A DNA stretch of 62,663 nucleotides, the filler included, from Choristocarpus tenellus KU-1152 (taxonomy: Eukaryota > Protista > Phaeophyceae): NCBI GenBank assembly GCA_964200185.2. It is 10 parts of 10 records of this genome, joined end to end, with 100 filler letters (N's around TTAATTAATTAA, not from the genome) between each part and the next. Parts side by side here need not be neighbours in the genome. Positions count along the whole stretch, not along the records: positions 34,496 to 44,823 come from CAXNAD020002986.1; positions 44,924 to 47,794 come from CAXNAD020024047.1; positions 47,895 to 57,732 come from CAXNAD020003341.1; 7 more parts are not named here. The stretch is one strand, 5' to 3'. Position numbers and translations under genes: made by a program. The notes beneath the pieces were generated by a model. The model was given only the letters and a program-made list of their open reading frames with translations, was not told the DNA's origin and did not search any database. Below, piece after piece: positions 40,001 through 53,099 of this stretch. Numbering within the stretch: position 1 is the first letter of the stretch; each line of letters starts with the position of its first letter.

Positions 40001-40242
40001 GACCCAAAGTAAACGAGAGGTACCTATCTTTTGGTCGTTTTGCATTTTTAGCCACCTTTTCATTCTTTGCCATTCACTTTTCTATGGATGAAGTGCTAAG
40101 ATTGACTTTAGAGATATAGTTTCTCTATTGTTTGAAAAAAAATGTGGAAGTCAGGAAAAAGTCCCTATAAACATTTGTAAAGGAGAATTTTGCTCATATT
40201 GTCAGCATCCTTAAATTGCAACTCTGGGTACCATTTTGACTC
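40001..40242. mobile_element. Second, inverted and more decayed copy of the 39499 MITE
   Basis: GACCCAAAGTAAACGAGAGGTACC...TGCAACTCTGGGTACCATTTTGACTC; its right end is the reverse complement of the 39499 left end. Confidence 0.72.
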
Positions 40243-41100
40243 GTTTTAATAAAGATAATCAGATTGTTGCAGCTCAAGCGAACTTCACCACTTTATGAAC
40301 AGGATCTTCAATTTGTACCCGTCATTACCACTAATAACCTGCACAACATCGAATGCCAAACCCTCCGTGCTAGTAAGTGTTGGACCTGCGGTCCATGCAC
40401 TGTCTAGTCAGGCATGCCAAGGAACAAGCTCAGACTGGATTTCTGCCATGTTGTCAGAAGGAATGGGTTCTGTCAGCACTTGGACGTATTCTAGTCAATG
40501 TTGAAAGCTTTTCCCCCAATGGATGAACAATTGATCCCCTTGCCCATGACATCAACTAAAGGTTCCGACAGTGTGGTGGCATACCTCGTCAGAGTATTGA
40601 TGAGATTTTACACATTTTTCCCAAGTTGTGGATGACGACAGCATCTTCATAAGAGAAATATTTTTTCTTAACAGTATGTAAGACAACTTTGCTGCTATCA
40701 ATGAGGAAAGGGTAGGACTCTGACTCTTTTTTATCATGATCACCATAGCTTCAGCTTCAAAGAAAGACATTAAGCTCTTCCCAAGCAGTGTAGATCAAAA
40801 CTTAATTGGATTGAAGGATCTCTTTTAATGATTGTGGTTGTTCTTTCAACAAATGTCCAATATTATTGAAGTCAAGACTGGAATTCTGATGGGCTTGACA
40901 CATTGTGTATGTTAGATATAATGTAATATTATTGATTGTGTGACCTACTTTGGTTTCAATTTTGAGTTGTTGTATGTGTATAAAAACTGACTCAAACTAA
41001 GTAAGAGTTACCCAGAATGTTAAAGAATGTGTAGGATCTCAAGTCTTGATATTGAAATATGTAGATCAGTTCCTTCTCTGTTATGTTGTAGTAGATAGAA

Positions 41101-44100
41101 TGTTGGAGTGATAAACACCATCCAAGCAGGGGAGTGGTAGACCATTCACTCATCCCTAATCACTAATATCTCATCACTCAATCTGTATTACTTGCTACAA
41201 CATTCCTTTCTAGAATTCTTATTATGATAATGCAATAACCTTGATATTGTTCTCTAGGTCACTCAACAGGAAAATTACTATCAATTATCCAGTTATCCAA
41301 CAGTTCTCCAACTAATTGTTTCCTTAATAAGTATTTCCCACATGAACTTAAAGCATAATCTTGACACACTTCTGCTTTGAACTTGTTGTGGATCTGCCAA
41401 CAATCACCACACACAACACATCACATCACGCAGTACCAATGATATTATCTGCATGCCAATCGAACAATTCCTTGGACAGACCCTTAGTAAGAAGGTCTGC
41501 ATGTTGGGATTCGGTCAGTATATATCCAATCTTCACTTTCCCTTTCCTCTCTAGCTGTCGGACATAATGGTACCTAATTCCTCCGACTCCATTGCCTCTC
41601 GCATGGTCCAAGGTGCTGGACCAACGAGCATACCACCCAGTCTCCTTTTGTACCGAAGTCTGATGATTCACCAGGCTCAGCTGGGGGGTCGCTGTCATGG
41701 TCTGCGAGTCTCAGCAACAACCTTCCACCACTCCCCTGCTGTGATGCCGGTGGATCCATACCACCAGCACCAGTGTTCAGCATCCCATCAGTACTTCCAT
41801 CATCCACTGTGTTCTCTGCCTCTACTCCACATTCCCCACTTCCAAGTTCCAAACCCCAACCCGCATTTTCCCAATCCACTCGTCCCGGAAACATACCTCT
41901 GGAACCTCTTCTTCTGATCCCAAATAAATATCCTCCAATTCCAAATCCCCATTCTTCAACCCAAAGTCCTCTTGCTTCTCTTCCAGGATTCCATCCCTAG
42001 TCTTCTTAATCTCAGCGACAGAATAGGGTTCCCAAACATAGTCATGCCTGTTGATTACTTTCCCTGAATTTACAAGAACCCGCAAAGAATCAGAAGGGTG
42101 GTTGGAAGAACATCCCCCCATCAAACAAGGTTCGGCTGTTGGAGCCAACTTATACATCCGTTGGCCCACTCTTGTGAACCCCTTAGAACACAATAAAACA
42201 TTTCATAAGGTGATTTCCAGTTCGTGTTTGTAGACACGGGACAAAGGTTTGTTAGTGTGGCGGCCATGTTGTGCACCTCCGCGCACAAACCTAACCCCAA
42301 CTGTCGTTCAGACTTACTCTCTCTGTTACCTTGAGTACTGGTTTCCAACGAGTCTTGCCAATAGCGCACCCCTTGCAGTACTGTTTCCACTCCCAAGTTG
42401 AATGAATCCCACGATCCTTGGCATATCTGCGTACCATCTCCTCATGGCAGTGACGTAGCTGCATAAGCATCTGGTAAATATCCACTCAAGTAGTAGGTCA
42501 CATCTCTCCACCCGGGCCCCACAGGGTCTTGATAAAACCTCCAGCACCACCCTGGGCGAGCTCATCAGGTCCAACATTGCCTGAGGTTGATTTGAGCTGA
42601 ACATCACTAGTTTCCATCCTTGAAGTGAGCTGCTCACTCTCAACAGTCCCCCCTTGGATGATGGTATATGCATCATTTTTGCCCAGCTCCTCAACACTCA
42701 CCTCTGATGTTGCAGTCGTACTCATTGACCCTCCTAGATCAACAACGGGCAGTGTCATATTTGGAATAGGTCCCTCCCCCCCAACAATCCCTCCTGGGAC
42801 GATGGCATTCACTTCAACCCTCTCAAGGGGAAGTGTACTCATCGCTACAGCATCCTTCACCGATGTAGTAGCCTCAAACATCGATCTTACTCGATCAACA
42901 TCTCCAACCCCAGCATGGGCTAGGTTGATACCTTCAGCCTCATCCTGTGCCAAGTTGACTCCTCTAGCCCCCTCCTGGGTGAGGTCAATACTTCCATCCC
43001 CATCCTGCCCGAAATTGACACCTTCAGCCCCCTCTTGGGCGAGGTCAATTGTGTCTGTCCCTCAAAGCGCAATTGCCACTTCGGTCTCATCAGGTGGGTA
43101 GGTGTTCTAGGTGTACGTAGGTGGTGTACGTGATGGTGTAGGTGTTCTAGGCATTCTTTGCCTCCTAGCCTTCACTATGAACAACTCAAATTTCTTTCTA
43201 GAGGTAGATGTAAAAATAAGAGGGCGTACTCCTGTTGATGGGGTCAACTTCAAAGAATTTCCCAATAAATTTCTCCACCAGACTGATGTCCAGCTTGGAC
43301 CATTGAGAAAAGGTTAACTTTAACTTCGGAACCAGCAACACTTTGCACAGGACAAATTGTAAACCTTTCCATTCTGTATAAATTATAGTGGTAGTTAGCC
43401 AACGATAGTTGCACAAAGTTTCTGTCCTGTCCCAGCAGTCACGGACTGTCCCTAACAGGTCGTTGGTCAATCAAAGTAATAGGGTTATTGGTCATGTGGG
43501 CAGAACACCCAGTATCAAAATGCCATACATCATCCCTCACTGTTGAAAGGTCTCCGAGCATCTTCAGCAGTCTATTGTTTCCACCATTCACCTTTCCTTG
43601 ACCACGCCTCTTCTTCTGCACAGTCGCTGCACCACCATCTACAACCTGTTGGTCGCCGCCATAGCCTCAGCAGACCCAGGACAATTATGGAGCGGACGTA
43701 TCTTAGAGGGTAGAGCTGGGTCCATTTGGGGTCCAAAATCCAATGTTGCGATTTTGATGTAATTTTGGCTATTATGTTAGGAAGTGTCAATATCCTTGTT
43801 CCGGACACGCCTTTTCATAACGTATACATTTTTCCTACTCCGAAACATTTTGGAGTAGGAAAATATCATAAAAAGAGACAATGGGAAGCCAAGCCCCAAA
43901 TGGACAAACGAGGGAAAACTCGTACCCTCTAACATACTTTCACTCATGAGTTTTGTGTCCAAGTCCATTACAAATATAGCAGGTGCTAGAAAATTCGCCT
44001 GCAACGGGTTGGGAAACAGTTGGACAAGCAGGCATGTAGTGCGGTCCACTGCACTTGAGACATTGTACACGTTTACCATGCTGTCCAATGGGTGATCCAC

Positions 44101-44820
44101 TCCAAGTCAAGCTTCTGCTTGCCATTAGCGCTCCATTGTGGCTCCCAATACTACCGTTCCCCAGTCTCTTATTCATTTTGTACACTTGACAAACCCTCTT
44201 ATGGAGTTGTAGCCGATCAGTTCATCCTACATCAGTAATTTGACGAATCTCAATCATGTACTTGGCTGCAAAACAGTTATGCCTAACTGCCAACTGTTCT
44301 TAATCGTCTGGTTCAACGCCAAGAGTCCGTATCGTCTTGACCAACTTCTCCATTTGCAGAATAACTTATGCAGGATCCTCACCTATTGGTAGTTGCAGTT
44401 CGTGCGTCTTTGTCCTCAGGATTGTACACTGATCCCATCTCTTGCAAAACGATTCTAAGCGCCTGAAACCCTTCCGAAGGGCGGTCCGGATTGTATTTTT
44501 TTTAGTGCAAGTCCACTTACACTCATAACCAGGCCAGTCAATGACATGCTCGCCTCCTGAACTTCATGCTGTGTCCTTCGTGAAGTGTTGTTTTCCACCA
44601 GGCCCACCCTGATGTGGTCGCAAGTAAGTAGGGCATATTTCCACCAACCCATGGCAACACATGGTAGGAGTCTCCTCTCGTATTTGGGGAACCCCTCCCC
44701 ATCATCATCACCATTGTACACCACAAACTTGGAGGGAAGTGGGATGAGGCGCACTCCCGCAGTCCTTCTTGAAGTCGCAATCCTCCCCGTCGGAGGCTCC
44801 TCCTCTCCATAAACGTCCTC
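41101..44820 (-). mobile_element. Decayed, internally deleted Ty1/Copia LTR retrotransposon; 3' LTR about 41101-41402
   Basis: In order: gag (FPKYERRLL..), zinc knuckles CLKCSGPHYMPAC and CYICNGLGHKTH/NC, protease WHFDTGCSAHMT, GAG-pre-integrase LRHCHEE..CKGCAIGK, integrase tail AEVHNMAATLTNLCP..SPYEMF, RNase H end IRYHYVRQ..QHADLLTKGL. LTR bounded by TGTTGG..CCAACA. Confidence 0.9.
43690..43945. mobile_element. 256-bp MITE nested in the Copia gag zinc knuckle
   Basis: TIR GAG..GTATCTTAGAGGGTA / TACCCTCTAACATACTTTCACTC; ATG on both flanks; colinear in reverse with 52708-52967. Confidence 0.9.
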
Positions 44821-44936
44821 CTTNNNNNNNNNNNNNNNNNNNNNNNNNNNNNNNNNNNNNNNNNNNNTTAATTAATTAANNNNNNNNNNNNNNNNNNNNN
44901 NNNNNNNNNNNNNNNNNNNNNNNTTTTGCTTTGCAG

Positions 44937-44982
44937 GTGCTGTACGGTATGTGACCCTTGCTGTTGAGGCAGGCTTGTACAG
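44937..44982 (+). CDS. Possible orphan internal exon, (G)AVRYVTLAVEAGLY(R); product unknown
   Basis: ttttgctttgcag acceptor and gtgagg donor; only one frame is open. Confidence 0.3.
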
Positions 44983-45597
44983 GTGAGGGGGGATCTTGAG
45001 GAGGGGGGTGAAGATGGCACTGATTGCCAGCCATCCTTTCAAACACAAGTTCCCACTCCCCTCAATCCCACAGCAGTTCTCACACCACTCACGGGTTTAC
45101 TTTTATGTGGCATATTGCTAGGTTGAGGTAGGTTTTAGATTTTAAACACTTTGCCAATGAATGAATGAATGAGCGAGTGGGTTAATCCCATTGGATGGTG
45201 CTTGGGTTAGTACCTAATGAATCCATAATGTAGGTGCTCCTGAGAGGGAGAGGGACGGTTTCAACAGAGCTCGGAAGACCTGGAGGTCTTCATGCTTCTG
45301 TAGTTCTCTTGGTTAGAATGTTGGTTAATACACTAAAAATCAGCTGTTGTAAAAATTCGGTTCATTGATACATGGGCACCAGTGCTACACTCAGTGAGTT
45401 TATGGTAAATCCAAGATGGAAGACTACGATAAAGAAGTTACCCTGGAGTGCTGATGCTGTGGCCTTCAACTGCTGATGCTTTGCACAGGAGTACTTGAAG
45501 GGATTAGAATAGACATTGCACGATGTCTTCTATCCACAAGTGTGACTTCAATGAGAGAATGCGTTTGTTTTTTTTAAATAAACTTTTGCCGACTAGA

Positions 45598-45705
45598 ACA
45601 CTCCAACAACATACACTCCAACAACATACAGTTCAACAACATACAATTCATCAACATACACTCCAACAACATACAATTCATCAACATACACTCCAACAAC
45701 ATACA
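45598..45705. repeat. 15-bp tandem repeat (CAACATACACTCCAA / CAACATACAATTCAT) about 7 copies
   Basis: Read directly from sequence. Confidence 0.9.
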
Positions 45706-45859
45706 GTTTCCGTTTAACATTGTATTTCATTGAGAAGCGTTAGGTTCATTGCATGAAATGTAAACGACCCTACTGCTTGCTGGAAGACAGACCATGCGAC
45801 CTGCAAACAAAGAAACAATGTGAGCCTCACTGTCCTTCCCTACAGCAGCATCTAATGCC

Positions 45860-47120
45860 GTATCCATCAGATGTGCTATTTTAGCCTCTTCCCTTCTTTA
45901 TAGGACCAAAGGCAACTGCCCTGAACTTTTGACAATTGAGGTAGTGAATTGTCTGTGAATAGGCATGCTGTCCAGACATATTGGGCTAGGACAGACTCCT
46001 TGAGGAATAGTAGTGTGTTACCGTTTGGTGGCCTATCAACTTGTTGCATGATCCTTCCTTGCCACCATTCTGATGCTGAGCCTTCTTTATGCCTTGTTGC
46101 TTTGTTGCTGGCAGTGTTCCTCCCATTCGGTGTCCATCTTGCCGAAACCGTGTCCGCACAAACACTTGGAAGAGAATTGCTCCTGATGTCTTTTCCCAGT
46201 ATAAAATGTAAGTTTGTCAAGACTACTAGGTGGTCGTTATATCTGCAATCAAGTCCCATAAATGCCTCTTGCCCATCACATATTTGTTGAACTATCATGT
46301 TGGGGCATTAAATATGAATAGGCATACAGTTTTTTGTGTGTGGAAATATTGCACTCTCGTGTAGGTCTTCGTGCTCGTGCCAACTTGTCCATTGCAGCTG
46401 GTATGCATGTAGGGCTGGTATCATGGACTGTGAATATCGTACTAGAGCACATAGCGGGTGATGGTCCTTGAGGTTCAATGAGTCTAGCACAGCACAGCCT
46501 GGTAGACTTTAGTTGTATTGTTCTCAAACTTTGGTGGATCAATTAAAGGACAAACCGAGTGAATGAAATGATTTTAGTAGAGTGCAAACAGGTGGACATA
46601 TACAGTATCTTCTTGCTTTGAGATATGGTATCATGACCTGAGGCATAACATGCACCAGCGACTAGGTACAATGCTAACCGATGGAGAGGTCTGCCCTCAA
46701 TGGACTTCATTCATTTCAGGGTTGGATCTATCTGCAGCAGTATGACACATTGTTCTGTACAACTATGATCATATCTAGTTGCTTCTGTTTAGTTTTTGGT
46801 CGTAATTGATCCAACGCCTTCCAAACATGCACCCAGCGCTTGGTGTATGACTTCCAGTTGGAGTGCACTATGAGTCTGACAATATGGCCTATCCGATAGT
46901 GTCCGTTTAAAATGAAAAATAGTATGGAACCGCTGCATGAAAAAACCCAAACATTGACAACATTTGAACCAGGTAACCCTGAACACGCTTCTGCCTTTGG
47001 TGCATGTTAGATCCTTTTTCGGGGTTCTGACCATCAGCACCTTTGATTTTCTTCATTCTGGTTCCCAGTGGTGTTCTTTCTATCTACTCCACATGATGCC
47101 CAGAGAGTGATTTCCTGTTA

Positions 47121-47151
<31 letters not shown>

Positions 47152-47600
47152 CCGAATGTTGGCAGTGTGGTGACTCCTTAGCAAGAGCAGGGGCTCACTT
47201 TGCCGTTTCACACTCTGTTCTGTCCTGCAGTTGATGTTCTGCGCTATACCCCAACTACCATTCCTACTGTGTAGTACATCACCACATCTGTACATCTAGA
47301 ATAGACTGTGTTTCACAGTTGTTCAGGTTACCATTTGCCTTACCCATGTAGCCTTGGTACAATACAGTCATGCTGACCTGCATCATACAAGAATTCAAGC
47401 ACCGTTCTTGACACGTTCCTGCATCAACACGAGTCTGCATCTCCTATACACTCTTTTACATCTGATCTGTTTTTCCCCAGGAATGCGAGAGCATTGCTGA
47501 CTGTTCGCTGCTCAAGCTGCGACGAGTGCAATTCTCTCCTTCGGGATGGACTGAGCCTTGCAGATCTCAACCTTGAGGAAGCTTCTAGGAGACGAAGGGA
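45860..47600 (-). mobile_element. Decayed non-LTR (LINE, RTE-like) retrotransposon RT and C-terminal region
   Basis: LYQGYMGKANGNL...DV(Q)/GDVLHS (compare GVRQGDxLSP) and TKVYQAVL (compare KxKVYxAVV), broken by stops and frameshifts. Confidence 0.5.
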
Positions 47601-50258
47601 ATGTATTCAAAAGGTGATTGTTTGTCTAGTTGCCCTGTGTGGCACAATGACTGTGCTTATAAAGTGAAGGTGCTGGCCGTCTGTCAAGTTATTGATTGCC
47701 ACAGAGATGTAGCTCACTCAGAGGAGAGAGGGAGAGTGGGGGGGGGGGCACCCACTGTTTGGTTTAATCCATTTTGTAGTTAAATTAAGTCCTTNNNNNN
47801 NNNNNNNNNNNNNNNNNNNNNNNNNNNNNNNNNNNNNNTTAATTAATTAANNNNNNNNNNNNNNNNNNNNNNNNNNNNNNNNNNNNNNNNNNNNTAATGT
47901 GTGGTGTGTGTTATGTAATGTGTGGTGTGTGTTATGTAATGTGTGGTGTGTGTTCAAAACTTCCATGCGTCTTGTCTCTGTTGAGCACTCAGTTCTTACC
48001 TCTGAATTGTTTTCCAATGTCTATATATATATATATACCCTATCGGGTCAACTCCCACACCTACAAATCATTCAACACTCCCAGGTCCCCATCTGACCTT
48101 TCCTGACCAACGCGTATCGACTACTCACCCTTCACAACCATCGAGTTCTGGGAGGACTTGTGATATTTCCCTTCCGAATCCAAGGATCAAAATGACTCTT
48201 TTGTTAACCTAGTGTTTTTCATAGATTGGTTTAGCTAGTCTATTCTGTCTCTCAGTGGGCATAAATAACTCGATAGAATTTTTTGTGAATGAAGTATTAC
48301 TCAGAGCGCTTTTGGTGGTGACAGCGATGAAGTCCTTATTTTTATTTGGTTGATGGTTTGCCACAAAGATGTTAGAGTCAATCAAGACCACCCTATTCCT
48401 TTTCATAGTTGGATCAGTTGGTTTGTTGGCTCAGTAGCTTTGCAGCTCTTTCTAGGAACATAAAGCTGGCTCCTTTATGTAGGGCTGTATAACACAGTAA
48501 ATTCCCCTATAGCACTTTGTGTCATTGCGACATTTTCGCTCCAGATCACCATGGTCATTATTGTATATGTCAACTATCTAGAAGATACTTGATCAGAAAA
48601 AATAAACTGCATTTCAAACCCCAGGATGAGTCACTGAGCAAACACTAGTATGGATTTGTTTCACCCTTTTTCTTTCAATTCAGGTAGTTGTAACTGTATG
48701 TCTACATTATTCAACAAACTTAACCCTGTTCCATAGTCCAGTATTTCCCTCAATAAAATAGGGATTCTGTCGTATGCAAGAGGAAGTACCTCCAACAATT
48801 AAAAATATATGTGAGGCAGGAGATTCAGTTGTATAGTTGAGCACAATGGACTACTGGCTATATGGATGGAAATCAGAAGAGTGGTGTTATAGGCATCATG
48901 GAGTGCTGTGCAGCCTTTTGAAAATGACCACCCAAGTATGATGAATATGTAAAGGTCATGATCATAGCCCTTATTGTGTTCTCTGTGTATCCAATATTTT
49001 ATTCTGAGGACCTCAGGTTCACTCTCTGAAGATCTCTGGCTTGTAAACTCTAACGTGCTGCCAACAATAGGACACTTGTGTGCAATGTGCATTATTATCT
49101 GTGCTCTGAAGAGGGTCAGCCCTTAGTGTGGACTCCATCCATGCATATGCACAAACATTTTGGTTAGCACTTCATGTCGTACAATTTCAGTGGAAGAGAA
49201 ATTATGGAAAAAATTGTTAAAATCCAGAAATTTTATGTCACTACTGTGACCAAGATCGACATCCCACATTTTGCAAATATTAGGACAAGAATAGGTTCGA
49301 GGTTTGTGGTTACATAAAGGAACAACAAGTGTCTGAAGGAAAAGATGTGCACTGATGCTGAGTAATATTTTTGTTTTGTAAAAAGCATGGAGCATCTTCC
49401 TAAAGAGCTGGATCTGGGTTCCTTAACTGACATGCTGACTTTCAGTCTTCAGCTTGAGAGTTGAGAGATGTTTGGATTTAGTTTTAATCTCCGTGTTGTT
49501 TGGGTTCCAGGGATTGCTCAAAGTCTAAAAAAATAAAAAATACGTTATTTGGTTATTCTTTGATGTAATGAGTTCAGGTGATAGAATGGCTACAATTTAA
49601 AACCCTAGAATTGTTGCTAACCCTAAGCCTTATGATTTATGGTCCTAGCCTTGTCCTTGTGGGTACAGTATTGTTAAGCTGTCCTTGACGATCTGTTGTC
49701 CCACACAACCAGTTGTATTATTATTTAATAGCTTGCATCAGAGTTGAGGAGAGAGAGAGTGAGACATCATCACCAGATGAGGTTCATCAAACCTTACAGC
49801 AAATAACTCAGTGAAACCAAGAGACCCGACAGTTCTCTACAACACTTCAGAAACACTCCTACTCTAACATTCCGCAGCAACTTTGCCTTATCAAATACCC
49901 TAACCCTAAATATCTCGAATGTCCCGCAACATTGTTTGCACGTACATTCAATATGAGTTCGAATCTTATGTTATTCTCACAAATGGACAAGCATAATCTT
50001 GGCAAGTATCTGTAAGCAATACTCTTCATAATCACTCAACAATAGCTTGCTGCGCCAGGCATTACACTTTTTACCCCCCCCCCCCGTCTCCTTTTTACCT
50101 TGTTGATCTTGGGATNNNNNNNNNNCTTCTTCCTCCCCCCACACTAGCTTGGTGCCCCAGGGGTCAAACTTTTTGCCCCCCCCCCCCCCCCGTCTCCTTT
50201 TTACCTTGTTGATCTTGGGATGTTGCTTGTTTTGACTTGATATCACTTGATATCACAG

Positions 50259-53048
50259 GTGCTGGCAAAGAGCCTGGCGAAGCATGGGGTGGACACCACA
50301 GTTATCAATGATAGTGCTGTGTTTGCCATGATGGCAAGAGTCAACAAGGCGAGTTTAACCAAACCTTAAGCACAAAACTCGCTTGTATAATGTTTTATAT
50401 CCAATGCCTTAGTCTTAATTAGGAGTAGCAGATAAACAACAAGAAGTGCCTCTATGAGACAATGTCTATTAACATTGCTCTTGACACATCGACATTTGAT
50501 TAAGGAAATTTTATACCAACCGGTTTCATGAATTGTGTTGAAGTCACACATTTAGTGAAAGCCATTTTTTTTGTTTCTGGGTGGATTGTTTCCAACAAGG
50601 TTATAGTTTGTTGAGAAGAAGACATCTGCTTCCCATTCCCACATTTACTCCTCGGATTGATGTATTATATATTCATAGGCGTTCTCTATGCTGAATAGTT
50701 CCCTACTTTGCATGGACTTGCCAGGGATGGTACAGACAATCTCATTTTGTTGACCCTGCAATATAGCTCTGCTTGGCAAATTGCAGTGATTGAAAAGTCC
50801 AACGTGGTCCATTTTACTTTTGAGGTATGGGGGGAGCCTTCTCATTGTGCAGTCAGAAGTGTATCATGGAAGGTCTCAAAACATAGTACGCTTTTGTTCG
50901 CTTTTGTTCTTTTTTGGATATGAACTGTGTGTATATACATTTATTCACATCGATGTTTCATCTTTTCTTGAGTACCTTTTCTGACTGATAGATTCAATTA
51001 CTCAGCAAGTTGCATTGCCACGGTGCAAAAGTGTTTTCCCTAACCCTAATATTATTCCTGTTCAAATTCTGAGTTGACGGTGAATAGAGTGAGTGCACCA
51101 TTGACTATGCAACGCTCAACACTTTGCCCTACCCAAGATGTCTGTGTCCAGGAACCTCTTTCAAGCCCATTTGATCCACAACTCTCTTTATCCAGTGCAA
51201 TGCTCATGGCTATTAGTCTATAACATGCAGAGCCATTTGCAATGTCAAAAGTTTCTGCTTCTGTACTTCTACCATTCCTCACACACATATCTCTGTGTAG
51301 AACCTTTGAGCTCCAACTGTTACAAGTTTTACTGAGCCAATTTTTTACAATTAACAGATGTATAGGTGTGACTTGAGTTCTTGCACCTTCATTTAGAGAG
51401 ATAAGCATATTGTATTCTACTTCTGAACCGAACTGTGGCAAACACAGCTTTCCAAAATGTGCCATTCTTCCATAAATTTACAAGCTTCACTCACTTGTCA
51501 TCACATCATTTTGCTTATAAGTTTATGAAACCTTAAAGACACCTTCTCAGCTTCAGATCCGGGATAAAAGCTACCAAATGATATTCCAACTCTCCCTATA
51601 TGAGCAGTTTTTTCCATTTTTTTTGGTTAATTTGTCAAGAATAGTGTCTGCAGCTCGACGCACTAAATCCAAATCTGGATTCAAAATTATGGTATGAATA
51701 GATGTTTACAAGATGAATAGGTACCAAGGGTCAAGTCCTTGGGTCAGAACTTTTTTTTTTTCAAGTTCAAAAATAAGATTAGAGTTCTCATCTTGTCTGA
51801 CTTTGCTAGATATTCTTAACACTGTGATCAATGTGTTCAACATGACATATCTCCAGAATATTTCAATCGTGGAAGGTTTTTAGGAAATATTTTGTTGGGA
51901 AAGCACTCAGGGCTATTTGCTCTGTAACATCTGTTGTTGGGGAGGCACCCAAGCCCATCTTTCATCATGTCACATGATGTAAGCCTTTTGTTCAAGGTGT
52001 GGAATAGTGTTGATAGAATATGCCCATTGTCCTTATTATTATTTTACAATGTGTACCTTATTTCGTTGTGATTCTGTACCAATAGCAAAACTGTTTGTTG
52101 TGAAAGGGCACAAAGAATTGATTGTGGCTACTTGGTGTGAAACTTAACTATTATTGTCCAAGGCCGCTAACCCAGCCAGTGAGCAACTCTTGTTTGAGTG
52201 TGCCTTTGCCTGTGCAGCAATGTACTGAACTATGTTGCTGGTGTGGGTGCGAGCTACCTCAAATTTCCAGAACAATCATTATCAAGATGGTCTTGCCTGG
52301 TTGCACCAATAGCGACATTCCGACTTTCGACAGCCACTGCTTCACCTAAAAATTGCAATACTGCCTCCTTGCTGTTGCACTTGTGGTATACTTGGTGTCA
52401 CTTATCACTACAGTAATACTTGCTCAACATAACCTGTCTATAACCTGTAGTCACTGTCTCTTCTTGTGTGCCGTGTGTCAGGTGATAATGTCAACTCATG
52501 CTGTGGTTGCCAATGGGGGTCTGGTGACCCTCAATGGCAGTAATGCTGTTGCCTTGGCTGCAAAGGAGCTTTCTGTACCAGTTGTTTGCGTCACTGGTCT
52601 CTTCAAGGTGCTGAACAGTTGCTTTTCCATTCTTCTCTTCCACCCCATTCTCCTACTCTGCCCTTTCCCTATTGCTGCAACATGATCTCATATATTCATC
52701 TTAGACTGAGTGAAAGTATCTTAGAGGGTACGATTTTTGCCCTGTTTGTCCATTTGGGGCTTGGCTTCACATGTTTTTTTAAAATCACATCTTCCTACTC
52801 CAAAATGTCTAGGAGTATGTAAAAGGTATACCTTATGAAAAGGTGTGTCAGAAACATAGATGTTGACACTTCCTATCAAACACGATAGCCAAAATTACAT
52901 CAAAATCGCAACATTGGATTTTGACCCCCAAATGGACGTGGCGCTACCCTCTAAGATACTTTGGCTCACAATTTGATGGATTAATTCAGCCATTTGCCGT
53001 GTCTCTTGTTACTGCTCAAGGCTGTTGATGCCTTTTTATGGCATGAAA

Positions 53049-53099
<51 letters not shown>

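Noticed and set aside
48690-48800. Viral D5/SF3 helicase-like NPYFIEGNTGLWNRVKFVE
   Set aside because: No Walker A/B motifs nearby; too short to support an endogenous virus call.
50040-50221. Direct repeat flanking a 10-N gap
   Set aside because: Probably overlapping contig ends or a local assembly artefact.
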